Of a stretch of 64,000 nt of DNA, positions 17,535 through 27,605 are shown one piece after another. The stretch is from positions 1 to 64,000 of the IMG/VR virus record IMGVR_UViG_3300044627_003499, one strand, 5' to 3'. Source of the stretch: a virus. A model generated the notes under the pieces. The model did not search any database and was not told the DNA's origin. It saw nothing but the letters and a program-made list of their open reading frames with translations. The position numbers and the translations under genes are program-made. Numbering within the stretch: the stretch's first letter is position 1; each line of letters begins with the position of its first letter.

Positions 17535-17858
17535 TCACCAGGGGATGCCAGCCGCTAATGTCGGGTTGAGCTTCTGTTGAATCTGGTTGTTCAAACCTTC
17601 TTCAATAGAAACAACTTGATCAACGCCAAGTGCTGCCAGTAACCAACCAACAACTTGCGCTTTGGTCAGTTGATTGTACGGCGTAAAAGAACCGGAGGCT
17701 GGCTCACCTAACCCAATGCTGCCGTAAGCACTGGCTGCTTCACCGCCTTCTTCCAGGGATGCAGTCCAGTGGATCGTGGAAACAGCACCGTCTGGGCATG
17801 TGTCTCCATCGGGAAGACGACGCTCAAGCTGTGCAATATCCCAGGTAACAGTAGACAT
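17535..17858 (-). CDS. Tail-fibre-associated small protein
   Basis: TWDIAQLER...DG.V..IHW...FTPYNQLT..QVVGW...GIPW; commonly follows fibre genes. Confidence 0.6.
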   Translation of the reverse strand: MSTVTWDIAQLERRLPDGDTCPDGAVSTIHWTASLEEGGEAASAYGSIGLGEPASGSFTPYNQLTKAQVVGWLLAALGVDQVVSIEEGLNNQIQQKLNPTLAAGIPW

Positions 17859-17910
17859 GTTAATAAATGTTTTTCTTATTTTAACAGTTTGTTGATTTAA
17901 GCAACCTTAG

Positions 17911-18417
17911 TTAAAAACCAAGTTCCAAAAATGAATGTCTTTCTGTTGACACAAACCCACTTCGTGCTTGCCTTACGGAAATCCAATACGGCAGAATGCC
18001 AAACCTATGCCACATCCAGGCTCTCCATGTGTCAATTTTGATGTGAGTGGCGTCGGATGTTTTGTAGCCATCACCATCTTGGTAGCTGTGACCTTCAATG
18101 GGAACACGCCCACCCCACACTTGTTTTGCAATAGCAAGCGCTCGTGGCATGTGGGAGGAATCAGTGACTACAAACAAACGTGTGATGCCAAGTCGACGCA
18201 ACAACTTATAAGTATGAGTGAAGTTGGTGACGGTGTCCCAGGCCTGCATGTCAATTGTGATTCGACTGCGATCAATGCCAGCAGCATCGTAATAACTGAG
18301 TCCATGGTCACCCCCTTCCGAGGAGATGACCACAGTTGCATCTGAATACTGTAAAGCAAGTTCAGCAGCTTTAGTTGCCCTGACCGGATTACCTCCCAAG
18401 TGAAGAATAATATCCAC
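17911..18417 (-). CDS. YdcF/DUF218-family protein
   Basis: IILHLGG...R...A, AWDTVTNF, VVTDSSHMPRA; probable GTG start just after the fibre stop. Confidence 0.75.
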   Translation of the reverse strand: MDIILHLGGNPVRATKAAELALQYSDATVVISSEGGDHGLSYYDAAGIDRSRITIDMQAWDTVTNFTHTYKLLRRLGITRLFVVTDSSHMPRALAIAKQVWGGRVPIEGHSYQDGDGYKTSDATHIKIDTWRAWMWHRFGILPYWISVRQARSGFVSTERHSFLELGF

Positions 18418-18421
18418 GTGC

Positions 18422-20443
18422 TTACCAAGAAGAAAGGGCTGTACGTCGCCACGTATCTGTAGCAGTGCAGACGTAAATGTAGTTGGCATCCCAGCAGATT
18501 TCACCGGCGGTGCCAGTGGCTGTTGCTGATGCTGGAGTACGGGCAGTGCGCAGGCGAACGGTGTCAGAGTTTACATCTAATAGCGTGGTAGGGCTACTAA
18601 TCCCAATCCCTACGCGACCTGATCCATTGACACAAAACTGAGTATCCCAAGTAGTTCCACCAGCAAATTGCCTAATAGCAAAAGTTCGGCTATCGGTATT
18701 AACACTATTTGTTGCACCCGAGGAAACGTTTCCACCTCCTTTATCAATAGAAAACCCCCAAAAAGCCCTGATATGAAAGTCACCATTAAAATTGTTAGCT
18801 ATGCCATTTACACCTATTCCTATAGATGTTGAATTGATTTGCGCAACAGTTAACCCAGGGGTAGTGATGGATAAATCCGCACCATTACTTACGCTTGAAG
18901 TATCTGGACCGGAGACAACTTGAAGCAGTTTTGTGGGGCTACTCGTCCCAATCCCTACGCGGCCGGAGTCGTCGATGCGGAGGCGTTCGTTATAAGCGTT
19001 ACTGCTTCGAACAATTAGGTACCCGTGAGAAGCGCTGCCTGTTGCCAGATCAATGTAAGTAGCTGAGCCGGTGCCAGTGTCTCTGATTGCACAAGAAGCG
19101 CCGCCTAGATAAATACCGACCTGTGAACCATCACCGCGAGCCGTTACTGCCCCGTTGACATCCAACTGTGAATTAGGACTATTCGTACCAATCCCCACGC
19201 GGCCGGAGCTGTCGATGCGGGCGGCCTCGAACAAAGAGCCACCTGCGTTGGTGACTTCAAAAGAAAGAGCCGTTGCGCTAGTTGAGGCGTAGTTATAGTT
19301 TGTTTTGATCTTGCAGCCGTGAAGCCTATCAGTTCCGGTTGAAGTCCACGCGCCTAGGTATAACGAGTGGGATCCTGCAAAGCCTCCAGACACGTGTGTA
19401 AGCAGAGGATTAAAAGCCCCAGCCGCAGACGAAGAAGCAATGTTGACAACACTGTCTTGAGGGTTTGTCGTCCCAATCCCCACGCGGCCGGAGCTGTCGA
19501 TGCGGAGGCGCTCGGTGCCGGAAATGTTGCCGAACAATACTGCTCCAGCTGATGTTAATGAAACATCATTTAAAGAAGCTCCGGTAATAAAATTTGCGCC
19601 TAACCCTAGCGTGGCTCTTGTTGTTCCGCTGGCGCGTAAAGAGATGCCGCCACCATTTGCGGCAGTAGAGTTGAATAGCGCTATTGTTGAATTGTTTCCA
19701 GTGTCAACCTCAAAAATTGCCCCTGGCGAACTTGTCCCAATCCCCACGCGGCCGGAGCTGTCAATGCGCATCCGCTCGGTACTTGTAGTTGCAAAAACAA
19801 GTGGCGTTGCACCATTTGTAACAATTAAACCTGCGCTTGTATTTTGAAAATTAAGAATGCCAAGATTTGCGTTTGACAGTCCAGCGTTACTGCCAGCGGT
19901 GGTCGATCCGTTCTGAACGATTGAGGTGCCTATATATGAAGGCCCACTAGCGTAATCTTGTACTTGCGCTTCAATACGTGCTATACCGCTGTTTGTTGCA
20001 TTGCGGCAAACCATACGTTCGCCGTCACCAATAACTTCGAGTTTGTTTTGAGGAGTGCTTGTCCCAACCCCAAGCTGACCCGTTGAATCAATAAAAATTC
20101 TTCCTGCACCACCAGTGCTAATACCTAAAAGGTCAGTACCAGCACCATATAAACCAGGTGCCACACTTGCACCAACACCTACTTGAATACTTGGAGCACC
20201 AGCGCCTCCTGCTGGAACTTTAACAATTGCACCTGAAATTTGTGTGGTGTAAACACCTGATGCAAAGTTGGCAGTCGTACCAGTTACCGTTGGGGCCTGA
20301 ACAATTAAACCAGAGATGGTACCTGTTGCCGTGACGTTACCAGTGAAGGTAGGGTTTTGAACTAAACCTGAAATTGCGACACTCTTATCTACGCCCGCAT
20401 TCGTAAACGTAATCGTATCAACCTTGATAGTACCGTACGGCAT
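18422..20443 (-). CDS. Tail fibre protein with repeated ER.RIDSSGRVGIGT.SP modules
   Basis: At least six GxVGIGT repeats; C-terminal GEICWDANYIYVC. Confidence 0.85.
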   Translation of the reverse strand: MPYGTIKVDTITFTNAGVDKSVAISGLVQNPTFTGNVTATGTISGLIVQAPTVTGTTANFASGVYTTQISGAIVKVPAGGAGAPSIQVGVGASVAPGLYGAGTDLLGISTGGAGRIFIDSTGQLGVGTSTPQNKLEVIGDGERMVCRNATNSGIARIEAQVQDYASGPSYIGTSIVQNGSTTAGSNAGLSNANLGILNFQNTSAGLIVTNGATPLVFATTSTERMRIDSSGRVGIGTSSPGAIFEVDTGNNSTIALFNSTAANGGGISLRASGTTRATLGLGANFITGASLNDVSLTSAGAVLFGNISGTERLRIDSSGRVGIGTTNPQDSVVNIASSSAAGAFNPLLTHVSGGFAGSHSLYLGAWTSTGTDRLHGCKIKTNYNYASTSATALSFEVTNAGGSLFEAARIDSSGRVGIGTNSPNSQLDVNGAVTARGDGSQVGIYLGGASCAIRDTGTGSATYIDLATGSASHGYLIVRSSNAYNERLRIDDSGRVGIGTSSPTKLLQVVSGPDTSSVSNGADLSITTPGLTVAQINSTSIGIGVNGIANNFNGDFHIRAFWGFSIDKGGGNVSSGATNSVNTDSRTFAIRQFAGGTTWDTQFCVNGSGRVGIGISSPTTLLDVNSDTVRLRTARTPASATATGTAGEICWDANYIYVCTATDTWRRTALSSW
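18948..19768. repeat. Four near-identical ~33-bp GC-rich repeats inside the fibre gene
   Basis: CCAATCCCCACGCGGCCGGAGCTGTCGATGCG at about 18948, 19188, 19473, 19737. Confidence 0.8.
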
Positions 20444-20481
20444 TGTCGCTTACCTGTTTTTACTTATTTTAAGCCAAAAAA

Positions 20482-22221
20482 TTAAGGAAGGATGATTAAT
20501 GGTCCTTGAATTACAAAACCAGATGTACTACCAGAAACAACACCGGAGCAAACAATGGCTGGTGTTGCGCCAGAAGGAGTTGTAACCCGAAGAATACTAC
20601 CGGTGATATTGGTGAATGCACCGGTGGCACCGGTCACTGTGGTACCAGAGACTTGTGTACTGAAATTACCGTTGACAAAATTGGCGGTAGTACCAGTGGT
20701 TGTTGTACCGGTTAGCGATGTGAAGTTACCACTGACAGCATTTGCAGTTGTAAAATTAGCCGTTGCGCCAGTAACGGTTGTACCTGAAACAACGGTGGTA
20801 AATACACCAGATGCAAAGTTGGCAGTAGTACCGGTCGTTGTTGTACCAGTTAATGACGTGAAGCTACCAGTGACAGCAGTTGCAGTTGTAAATTGACCTG
20901 CAGTGCCGGTAACAGTGATACCACTAATTGTTCCAGTAACACTAAGACCGGAAGTAATAAAGCCGGATCCAAGTGTTGTTGTATTACCAGAGAATGTAAG
21001 GTTACCGCCAAACGTCTGGTTGGTTGCCGTTAAGTTCTGGAAAATACCACTGGTTGCGCTTACGGTTGTACCAGTAATTGTTGTGCCGGAAATTCGCGTT
21101 GTGAATACGCCTGATGTAAAGTTAGCCGTTGTACCCGTAATGGTCACACCAGTAAGAACAGTAAATGCTCCACTAATGCCAGTGACGGTAGTGAACTGAG
21201 CCGTGGTACCGGTTACGGTTGCGCCTGATAACGTTGTAGTAAAGACGCCTGTTACTCCGGTCAGCGATGTAAATGCACCACTAACACCTGTGATTGTTTG
21301 TCCTGTTAACGATGTAAATGCACCGCTGATGCCAGTGACAGTTGTAAATCGAGCCAGCGTACCTGTTGTGGTTACACCGGTAAGTGACGTAAAGTTCCCT
21401 GTGACAGCATTTGCGGTTGTAAATTGTCCCGTATCACCTGTAATGGTGGTACCAGAAATAGATGTTGTAAATATACCCGTAACACCAGTAAGAGACGTAT
21501 ATTGCCCCACATTTCCAGTAATCGTGGCACCCGATAACTGTGTTGTATAGACACCGGATACACCTGTTACAGATGTAAAGACTCCCGTTGCACCAGTAAT
21601 TGTGTTGCCGCTGAGCGTACCAGTGACATTGACGTTGCCCTGGAAAAGACCTGAGCCAATGAACGTACTAACGCCAGTGACCGTAAGTGTCGACTGAATG
21701 ATTCCAGTGGCAGCCGTAAGTGTCGACTGAATGATTCCAGTGGCAGCCGTAAGTGTCTGGAAATTTCCTGTGGTGACGTTAGCGGTAATACCGGTGACAG
21801 TTGTCGCTTGGATGTTATTGCCGGTGATCGTGGCGCCAGATACTCTGTCCGTAAATCGTCCGGACACAAAGTTTGCCATGGAGCCAGTGAAGGTTGTTCC
21901 ACTGGTAGTGCCGCTGACATTTAAATTGTTCTGGACGATAACACCGCTAAATGTTCCAAGGCCTGAACTTGTGACAGTGCTCAGGCTTGTCGCACCACTA
22001 ACGGTTAAACCACCTTGAATTACAACATTGCCGCTGATTGTTTCGCCAGTGACGTTTGCATAGTATTGATCTAGGTAAGTACGGAACTGACTGAAGGTAA
22101 TTTTTTTGTTGCGCAGTACCGGGTCCACTTCAAAAACGTGGACCAGCGTCATGAGGTCTTCATCAACAATCGCGGTGCCGTCAATCGACGGAAACTCGCT
22201 GATCCTTCTATTGGTGGCCAC
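20482..22221 (-). CDS. Thr/Gly-rich repetitive fibre/shaft protein
   Basis: Many ~10-aa FTSLTG.T.TG repeats; N-terminal RRISEFP. Confidence 0.75.
   Translation of the reverse strand: MATNRRISEFPSIDGTAIVDEDLMTLVHVFEVDPVLRNKKITFSQFRTYLDQYYANVTGETISGNVVIQGGLTVSGATSLSTVTSSGLGTFSGVIVQNNLNVSGTTSGTTFTGSMANFVSGRFTDRVSGATITGNNIQATTVTGITANVTTGNFQTLTAATGIIQSTLTAATGIIQSTLTVTGVSTFIGSGLFQGNVNVTGTLSGNTITGATGVFTSVTGVSGVYTTQLSGATITGNVGQYTSLTGVTGIFTTSISGTTITGDTGQFTTANAVTGNFTSLTGVTTTGTLARFTTVTGISGAFTSLTGQTITGVSGAFTSLTGVTGVFTTTLSGATVTGTTAQFTTVTGISGAFTVLTGVTITGTTANFTSGVFTTRISGTTITGTTVSATSGIFQNLTATNQTFGGNLTFSGNTTTLGSGFITSGLSVTGTISGITVTGTAGQFTTATAVTGSFTSLTGTTTTGTTANFASGVFTTVVSGTTVTGATANFTTANAVSGNFTSLTGTTTTGTTANFVNGNFSTQVSGTTVTGATGAFTNITGSILRVTTPSGATPAIVCSGVVSGSTSGFVIQGPLIILP
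21681..21757. repeat. Perfect 33-bp tandem repeat, about 2.3 copies
   Basis: CCGTAAGTGTCGACTGAATGATTCCAGTGGCAG x2 plus a partial copy; encodes TLTAATGIIQS. Confidence 0.9.
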
Positions 22222-22266
22222 CTACTTATACTGCGCAGTATTATACCTAATTATAGTTCTCTTTGC

Positions 22267-22578
22267 TCACTTAACCCTTACCTCAATCTTTGGCAGCAGG
22301 TTGGAAACACCGTGCCAAACAAATTGGATTCCTGTTACAATTCCACAAGAAATGAGAAATACAACCAGTAATTCTGCAACGGTAAGGTTGCGCCGAACAT
22401 ACATCACCTGCGGCGGTTGCTGTTGAAAGCTCGCTTGCTGGGCCAAGGCTTGTTGGATGGCTAGTTCTTTTGCCCTTGCTTTCATTGCTGCAAGATTTTC
22501 AGGACTGATCTCATTCATGAAATAGTCCTGACCATTGGGTTGACCCGGAAACTGACTAGGGGGAATTTGTTCTTCCAT
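22267..22578 (-). CDS. Hypothetical membrane protein
   Basis: Single hydrophobic helix near the C-terminus. Confidence 0.55.
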   Translation of the reverse strand: MEEQIPPSQFPGQPNGQDYFMNEISPENLAAMKARAKELAIQQALAQQASFQQQPPQVMYVRRNLTVAELLVVFLISCGIVTGIQFVWHGVSNLLPKIEVRVK

Positions 22579-22629
22579 GATGCAAAACCTTTTCACACAC
22601 ACTAGCATCTATAGAGAGGATTTGTCACC

Positions 22630-23055
22630 ATGAACTACGGCTTACGAAAAGGTTTGGAGGATATTGCCACCGAACTCAAAGGTATTCGCAACATCCTTTC
22701 GTCAATGTGGCACAGTCGTTACGGAGAAGACGAGACAAATATCTTGAATCCCCAGATTTACGCAGATGAATACGTATCAACTGAGGAGTGTGCCAAGCGG
22801 TTGGGCGTATCCGATCAAACGATCAGAAATTGGATTTCTATTGGGCGTAAGACTCCTGACAAAGGTTGGGTAGAAGGTGTTCACTACGTCAATATTTCGC
22901 CAGATCCCAATCGTAAAGCGGTTATTCGCATCCCATGGAACCAGATGATCCAAGCATTCTGTAAGAATCGCCAAAGTGATCTTTGGGATTTTATTGGCAA
23001 TACCGGTGCACGGTCGACCAAATATAAAACAACCAACCCCGATCGTCTCGTATAA
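22630..23055 (+). CDS. Helix-turn-helix DNA-binding protein
   Basis: STEECAKRLGVSDQTIRNWI; EGVHY. Confidence 0.75.
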   Translation: MNYGLRKGLEDIATELKGIRNILSSMWHSRYGEDETNILNPQIYADEYVSTEECAKRLGVSDQTIRNWISIGRKTPDKGWVEGVHYVNISPDPNRKAVIRIPWNQMIQAFCKNRQSDLWDFIGNTGARSTKYKTTNPDRLV

Positions 23056-23522
23056 TGCCGCACAGATTTCACGGGATTAAAACTGAGGTTGTAACCCTGG
23101 TCAATTACAGGGAAGTATTGCCAGCATCACTTGCAGATCAAGTGGAGATGTTCTTGCCACCCGAAGGATCTTTCGATGACGGGTGCCTGCAAAGATACCT
23201 GGAAAACTTAAAAAATTATGAAGAAGAAGATGCGAACTTTGGTATGACACTTGCCAATCGTTTGCGTCTTGCGTTCCAGGACTTAACACCTGATACGATC
23301 TGCGGCAAATTCCCGCAAGCCGAATTGCCACTTAAACGACGGCTACGTTGTGTGGCAGAATATCTGATCCGTTCAGGAGAATTTGAAAAACTGAAGGACG
23401 ATACTGGACGCCTCGTAAAAAAACGCGGTATCCTGGGCAAGATGGTTGTCTTGTACAAACCAACCAATAAACTACTGGAAGCACTAATTAAGCAGGGGTT
23501 GATCAAAAATGAGCCGTCGTGA
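23055..23522 (+). CDS. Hypothetical protein
   Basis: 155 aa, translationally coupled. Confidence 0.6.
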   Translation: MPHRFHGIKTEVVTLVNYREVLPASLADQVEMFLPPEGSFDDGCLQRYLENLKNYEEEDANFGMTLANRLRLAFQDLTPDTICGKFPQAELPLKRRLRCVAEYLIRSGEFEKLKDDTGRLVKKRGILGKMVVLYKPTNKLLEALIKQGLIKNEPS

Positions 23523-23895
23523 AAAATTGATCGCATCGGTGATCGGTCCTGAACTTGATCAAACGAAAGCCAAGATGCTTGATGCAACTATCAAGTTGAT
23601 CCTTGGTGACATGGGGCAGCATTATTGCAAAATGTGGGAGCATGAAGGTCCAGGGGTGATGGTGTTTCAACCCGACAATTCCGACCGTTCGATGTTCTTC
23701 ATGACGCTAAAAGAGATGCACTCAGCGCAAGAGGAGTGTGAACGCGGTAATGATGGTGATTTAGCTGAGACATTCAGGCGTATCCTCAGTGCCGCACAGA
23801 AGATTGATCCAGCGGAAAAAGCTGGTTACATCATCAATGATGCAGCGGGCATGCGTTATTTGGAAATCGACTATACCAAAGTGTCAGAAAACTGA
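23509..23895 (+). CDS. Hypothetical protein
   Basis: 128 aa, overlapping operon gene. Confidence 0.6.
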   Translation: MSRREKLIASVIGPELDQTKAKMLDATIKLILGDMGQHYCKMWEHEGPGVMVFQPDNSDRSMFFMTLKEMHSAQEECERGNDGDLAETFRRILSAAQKIDPAEKAGYIINDAAGMRYLEIDYTKVSEN

Positions 23896-24482
23896 TGGCA
23901 ATTGAAAACATCAAGGCTCACGCAGAAGATCGTGAGTTAATCACAAGTTCTGACCTGGTTTCAGCAGCGCACGCCCTGATGGAGGGTATTGATCTTGATG
24001 TTGCCAGCTCGGATTTTGCAAATGAATACGTCGATGCCAAGAAGTATTTCACTCCATCTGACGATGGATTGAACTGCCAAACGTGGTACGGCAAGGTTTA
24101 CGTCTTTCCTCCCAGCGGTGCATACTTCTGGGATAAGAAGAATGAACGTTGGAAGATGACACGGTCTTCTTCTCCAACTTTGACATCGTCACATGCGGTG
24201 TGGTTCCGAAAGCTTTACCGCAGCTGGTTAGCGAGAGAAGTAAGTCAGGGCTTGTACTTTACCAACTGCCCGGACATGATTCGTTACGAGTTTAAGATCT
24301 TTGATTTTCCCATCTGCATCTTGCGGACGCCACCGACGTTAACAGTTCGCAAGAGCACAGGTGTTGGCGTGCATAAAACGTGCACCTCACTATTGGTGTA
24401 CCTGCCCCCCATGGAAGATACGGGGAAAGCGATCGAACGTTTTAAGGATATTTACGAGCCAAGGGGGCACATTCTCTGTTAA
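23895..24482 (+). CDS. Phage N6-adenine DNA methyltransferase-like protein
   Basis: GIDLDVASS, YFT..DDGL...W.GKVYVFPPS; motif IV is FPPS rather than NPPY. Confidence 0.6.
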   Translation: MAIENIKAHAEDRELITSSDLVSAAHALMEGIDLDVASSDFANEYVDAKKYFTPSDDGLNCQTWYGKVYVFPPSGAYFWDKKNERWKMTRSSSPTLTSSHAVWFRKLYRSWLAREVSQGLYFTNCPDMIRYEFKIFDFPICILRTPPTLTVRKSTGVGVHKTCTSLLVYLPPMEDTGKAIERFKDIYEPRGHILC

Positions 24483-24514
24483 TTTCTCTAGAGTGAAAAG
24501 GATTAAAAGGAATT

Positions 24515-25102
24515 ATGAGCATCCTTGCCGACTGGGAAATTCGTGAGCAGGCCCTTGAACATGGGATGATTGATCCATTTGTGGATCATTTGGTAAGCAA
24601 GGAGAATGGACGGAAGCTTCTCAGTTACGGCCTCAGTTCGTATGGATATGACATTCGCCTGTCACCTAGTCAGTGCCTGATTTTTGGCCGTGTACAAGCT
24701 GGGGATTGTGACCCCAAGAATTTTGATCCCGACATTTTGAAGCCAGCGGATCTGCGGGAAGACGAACGTGGTCAATACTTCTTGCTGCCGCCGTACGGTT
24801 ACTGTCTTGGGGTAGCGCACGAACGTTTGAAGCTCCCTGACAACATCAGTGTTGTAGCTGTTGGTAAATCTACGTATGCGCGGTCAGGGATCATGGTGAA
24901 CATCACGCCTGCCGAAGCGGGATGGGAGGGTTACCTCACGCTTGAAATCAGTAACTGCACTGGTTTATTCAATCGCATTTATGCGAATGAGGGAATTACT
25001 CAGCTGTTGTTCCACACTGGCAGCCGTTGTGAAGTTACTTACCAGGACCGGAAAGGTAAGTATCAAGACCAACCAAAAACCGTTGTGTTCTCCCAAGTTT
25101 AG
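24515..25102 (+). CDS. dcd: dCTP deaminase
   Basis: SYGLSSYGYDIRL, GKSTYARSG, TPAEAGWEGYLTLEISN, YANEGI.QLLF, Y.DRKGKYQ. Confidence 0.93.
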   Translation: MSILADWEIREQALEHGMIDPFVDHLVSKENGRKLLSYGLSSYGYDIRLSPSQCLIFGRVQAGDCDPKNFDPDILKPADLREDERGQYFLLPPYGYCLGVAHERLKLPDNISVVAVGKSTYARSGIMVNITPAEAGWEGYLTLEISNCTGLFNRIYANEGITQLLFHTGSRCEVTYQDRKGKYQDQPKTVVFSQV

Positions 25103-25470
25103 TATTGCTTACCAAAGCTTGATCCAGGTTTACGGGCGTAGCCGGTACTTCCGGCTCGTCCGATTGTATCCCCCATACTTGGCAGTGCAACACCGTCCAT
25201 TGTTGCTTCTGTTCTTGGTGTTTTACCTCGGATGGTTGGTTCAGCAATACCTGCTCTTTGTCGGTATGCCCCAGCGGTTTTGGCTGCCCTAAAGAACTTA
25301 CCAACGCGGTCTTGATTATCGTTTAATGACTCAACAACTTGTCTTTCTTCTGACGGGAAACGACGTAAATCTGTATCGTACGCCTGTTCAGGATTAAGGT
25401 CAGTAACCTCAGCCCCTGACGTACCAGCGTCAGCCGTTGGATCGTAATTGGGGTCAAAGAATTTTGCCAT
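25099..25470 (-). CDS. Hypothetical protein
   Basis: MAKFFDPNYDP... ORF. Confidence 0.55.
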   Translation of the reverse strand: MAKFFDPNYDPTADAGTSGAEVTDLNPEQAYDTDLRRFPSEERQVVESLNDNQDRVGKFFRAAKTAGAYRQRAGIAEPTIRGKTPRTEATMDGVALPSMGDTIGRAGSTGYARKPGSSFGKQY

Positions 25471-25511
25471 AGTATCATTGTAGAAGCAATAAATCAACCA
25501 GGGTATTCGCC

Positions 25512-25853
25512 ATGCATGGCGTCGCAGGTTTCTTAGATAGCTTCATTCAAGACGAAGTAAAGTGCCGCTGCCTCAGCGAAGAAGATTTTGGTGCACCGCT
25601 CGACAATGAAGCGAATGATGTACCATTAATGGATATGTACAACCGAGGCTTGGTCGCATGTCAACAGGGGCGGGAAAGGAATCCACTGAATCTCGAGGGG
25701 CAACGGCCTGGAACGACGGGGTATATTCCGTCAATGGAGGAGGGCCTGCAGATGGGGGCATCACCGAAACCCAGGGCGTTAGTGCTGGACCTGGAGGGAC
25801 CCAGCGAGGAGATGCTGGAGCAGTCACGCAAACGTCGTGGTTTGAGCCGGTAA
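25512..25853 (+). CDS. Hypothetical protein
   Basis: 113 aa ORF. Confidence 0.55.
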   Translation: MHGVAGFLDSFIQDEVKCRCLSEEDFGAPLDNEANDVPLMDMYNRGLVACQQGRERNPLNLEGQRPGTTGYIPSMEEGLQMGASPKPRALVLDLEGPSEEMLEQSRKRRGLSR

Positions 25854-26140
25854 CAGACGATTCTGGCTGCAAGGACGGTATTTGTCCTGTGCCCTGGCTA
25901 ACGAAAGAAAAAGCTCCGGTGCTCCAGGAGGATGTGGTTAACCATCCTTCTCATTACACCGATGGGGGCATCGAAACAATTGAAGCCATTGAGGCAGCTT
26001 TAACCACCGAAGAATTCCGTGGTTACTGCAAGGGCAACTGCATGAAGTATATCTGGCGTGAGAAGCATAAAGGCGGGACAGAATCACTGAAGAAGGCACA
26101 GTGGTACATCAACCGCCTTATTGATTTGGACGAAGCTTAA
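25658..26140 (+). CDS. DUF3310 (T7 gp1.7-like) protein; start uncertain
   Basis: DVVNHPSHY..GGIETIEAI...GYCKGN.MKYIWR..HKGG.ESLKKA.WY. Confidence 0.8.
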   Translation: MSTGAGKESTESRGATAWNDGVYSVNGGGPADGGITETQGVSAGPGGTQRGDAGAVTQTSWFEPVTDDSGCKDGICPVPWLTKEKAPVLQEDVVNHPSHYTDGGIETIEAIEAALTTEEFRGYCKGNCMKYIWREKHKGGTESLKKAQWYINRLIDLDEA

Positions 26141-26430
26141 AACGGTTGAAGCTCATCTTCGTCTTCGTCATCCTCGTCGTCGCCAATGCAAGCGGCGGCG
26201 AGTTCTGCTAATTCCAAGTCGGTGGGAATGTCGAAGTCAATCGAGATGTTTTCTGCTGCGAGGATATCCTTGATGGCATACCACTCCATCAGGCGCTGGT
26301 GGTAGAGGTTCAGAAGTGCGTACAGCAATTCATCCCATGTCATCTCTTGCGCTGCAAGTTCTGCCTTGCGCATGGAGAACTGCAATTCCAACGGGAGTTC
26401 AAATTCCCTGGGCTCGACTGATCTCTCCAT
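26137..26430 (-). CDS. Hypothetical acidic protein
   Basis: LPLELQFSMRKAEL...; acidic tail. Confidence 0.55.
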   Translation of the reverse strand: MERSVEPREFELPLELQFSMRKAELAAQEMTWDELLYALLNLYHQRLMEWYAIKDILAAENISIDFDIPTDLELAELAAACIGDDEDDEDEDELQPF

Positions 26431-26466
26431 TCCAGCCTTCATTTGCGTGTTGCAATTATTCTAATG

Positions 26467-27126
26467 CTAGCTGGCGGACAGAAGATCTGCTTCTTGGTCG
26501 TTAAAATCAAACCAAAGGTTTTCATCAATTCTGAAGTTGTTTCCAAACTCTGCCAGGATGTATGGACTCATGAGTTCTTCCAAGCGTCGCACTGCTTTCA
26601 CCTGATGGGGTGCTGCGGTGTAATTGCGGAATGCCGTCAACAATACTTCGGTAGAGGCCCAGGGATTTGCATCAACTCCTTGGAGGAACAAGTTGATTTC
26701 TTCTCGGCGTCGATCCAGGAGATTACCAACGACTTGATGATCAGCATTGAAGATCCACCGGCCCATTTCTCGCGTGGCACCGCAGTAATCTTCGTGCTCA
26801 ATGCAATCGATAATGGCGCTGTAAAGGAAGGGCTCCCAGCCGATGGAGTGAATAAAAGAAATCAAAGCTTGACGCATGCCGTCATCAAGGCCCAGGTTTT
26901 GCTTTAGCAGCTGGGTGTCAATGATATTTGTTTCGTGAAATAACAGCTCTAGTGCTTTTTGTGAACTGCAACGTTGACCACGTTTGACAGGAGAACCGTC
27001 AGGGTAAAACTGTGTGCCGTAACCAATGGTGTACGGATCTTTCCCTGTGTGAGGATCTGCGAAAGCTTGTTCGTTAAAACCTTCGTATTTCCTGATCAGA
27101 TTAAGCGCAGCAGAAAGATCCGACAT
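26467..27126 (-). CDS. GH24 lysozyme-like protein
   Basis: LIRKYEGF...D......TIGYGT; L..RRREE..LF. Confidence 0.8.
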   Translation of the reverse strand: MSDLSAALNLIRKYEGFNEQAFADPHTGKDPYTIGYGTQFYPDGSPVKRGQRCSSQKALELLFHETNIIDTQLLKQNLGLDDGMRQALISFIHSIGWEPFLYSAIIDCIEHEDYCGATREMGRWIFNADHQVVGNLLDRRREEINLFLQGVDANPWASTEVLLTAFRNYTAAPHQVKAVRRLEELMSPYILAEFGNNFRIDENLWFDFNDQEADLLSAS

Positions 27127-27305
27127 AGGAGTAACATTAGTTACTCCCAATCATACACAATTTACTTACCTTGGCCGCGTGTTTGTTTGCGTCCGTGATT
27201 AGGAAGTGAGTGTTGCCCCTGTCCTTGACGAGTCTTTTTAGGGCGGGATTCAATCTTGACGACTGAGCTGGACTTGGGTTTGGCCATGGGAAACCAATGT
27301 GGTGC

Positions 27306-27605
27306 TCACCATTTTACACGGTGGCTCCAGTAGCGTGCTGACATTTTGTCGGGACTTGAATCTTGTGCATTGTGACGTGCGTAATAAGACTTGCGACGTG
27401 CCTTGTCCTTTTCTGAAGTTGGGTTTTTACCTGCGCCTTCAACTCCTTGCTGTCCAAATCTGATAATTTTTTCTTCACCGTCTTTACATGCTTTTACAAC
27501 ATGAGACTTTGTGGCATGACCTGGAGTGCGCTGCGGTTTGTTGCAGGCCATTTTATCTTTTGCCAACTTGGCAGCACCAGCGGCTTTCTTGCGTTTGTCA
27601 GACAT
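27306..27605 (-). CDS. Small basic conserved phage protein
   Basis: KIIRFGQQG...ARRKSYYARH...SARYWS. Confidence 0.6.
   Translation of the reverse strand: MSDKRKKAAGAAKLAKDKMACNKPQRTPGHATKSHVVKACKDGEEKIIRFGQQGVEGAGKNPTSEKDKARRKSYYARHNAQDSSPDKMSARYWSHRVKW

Noticed and set aside
20555-22018. Val/Pro-rich plus-strand ORFs
   Set aside because: Antisense shadows of the Thr/Gly repeat fibre gene
18422-22221. Diversity-generating retroelement acting on fibre genes
   Set aside because: No reverse transcriptase in the window and no repeat pair differing only at adenines was seen
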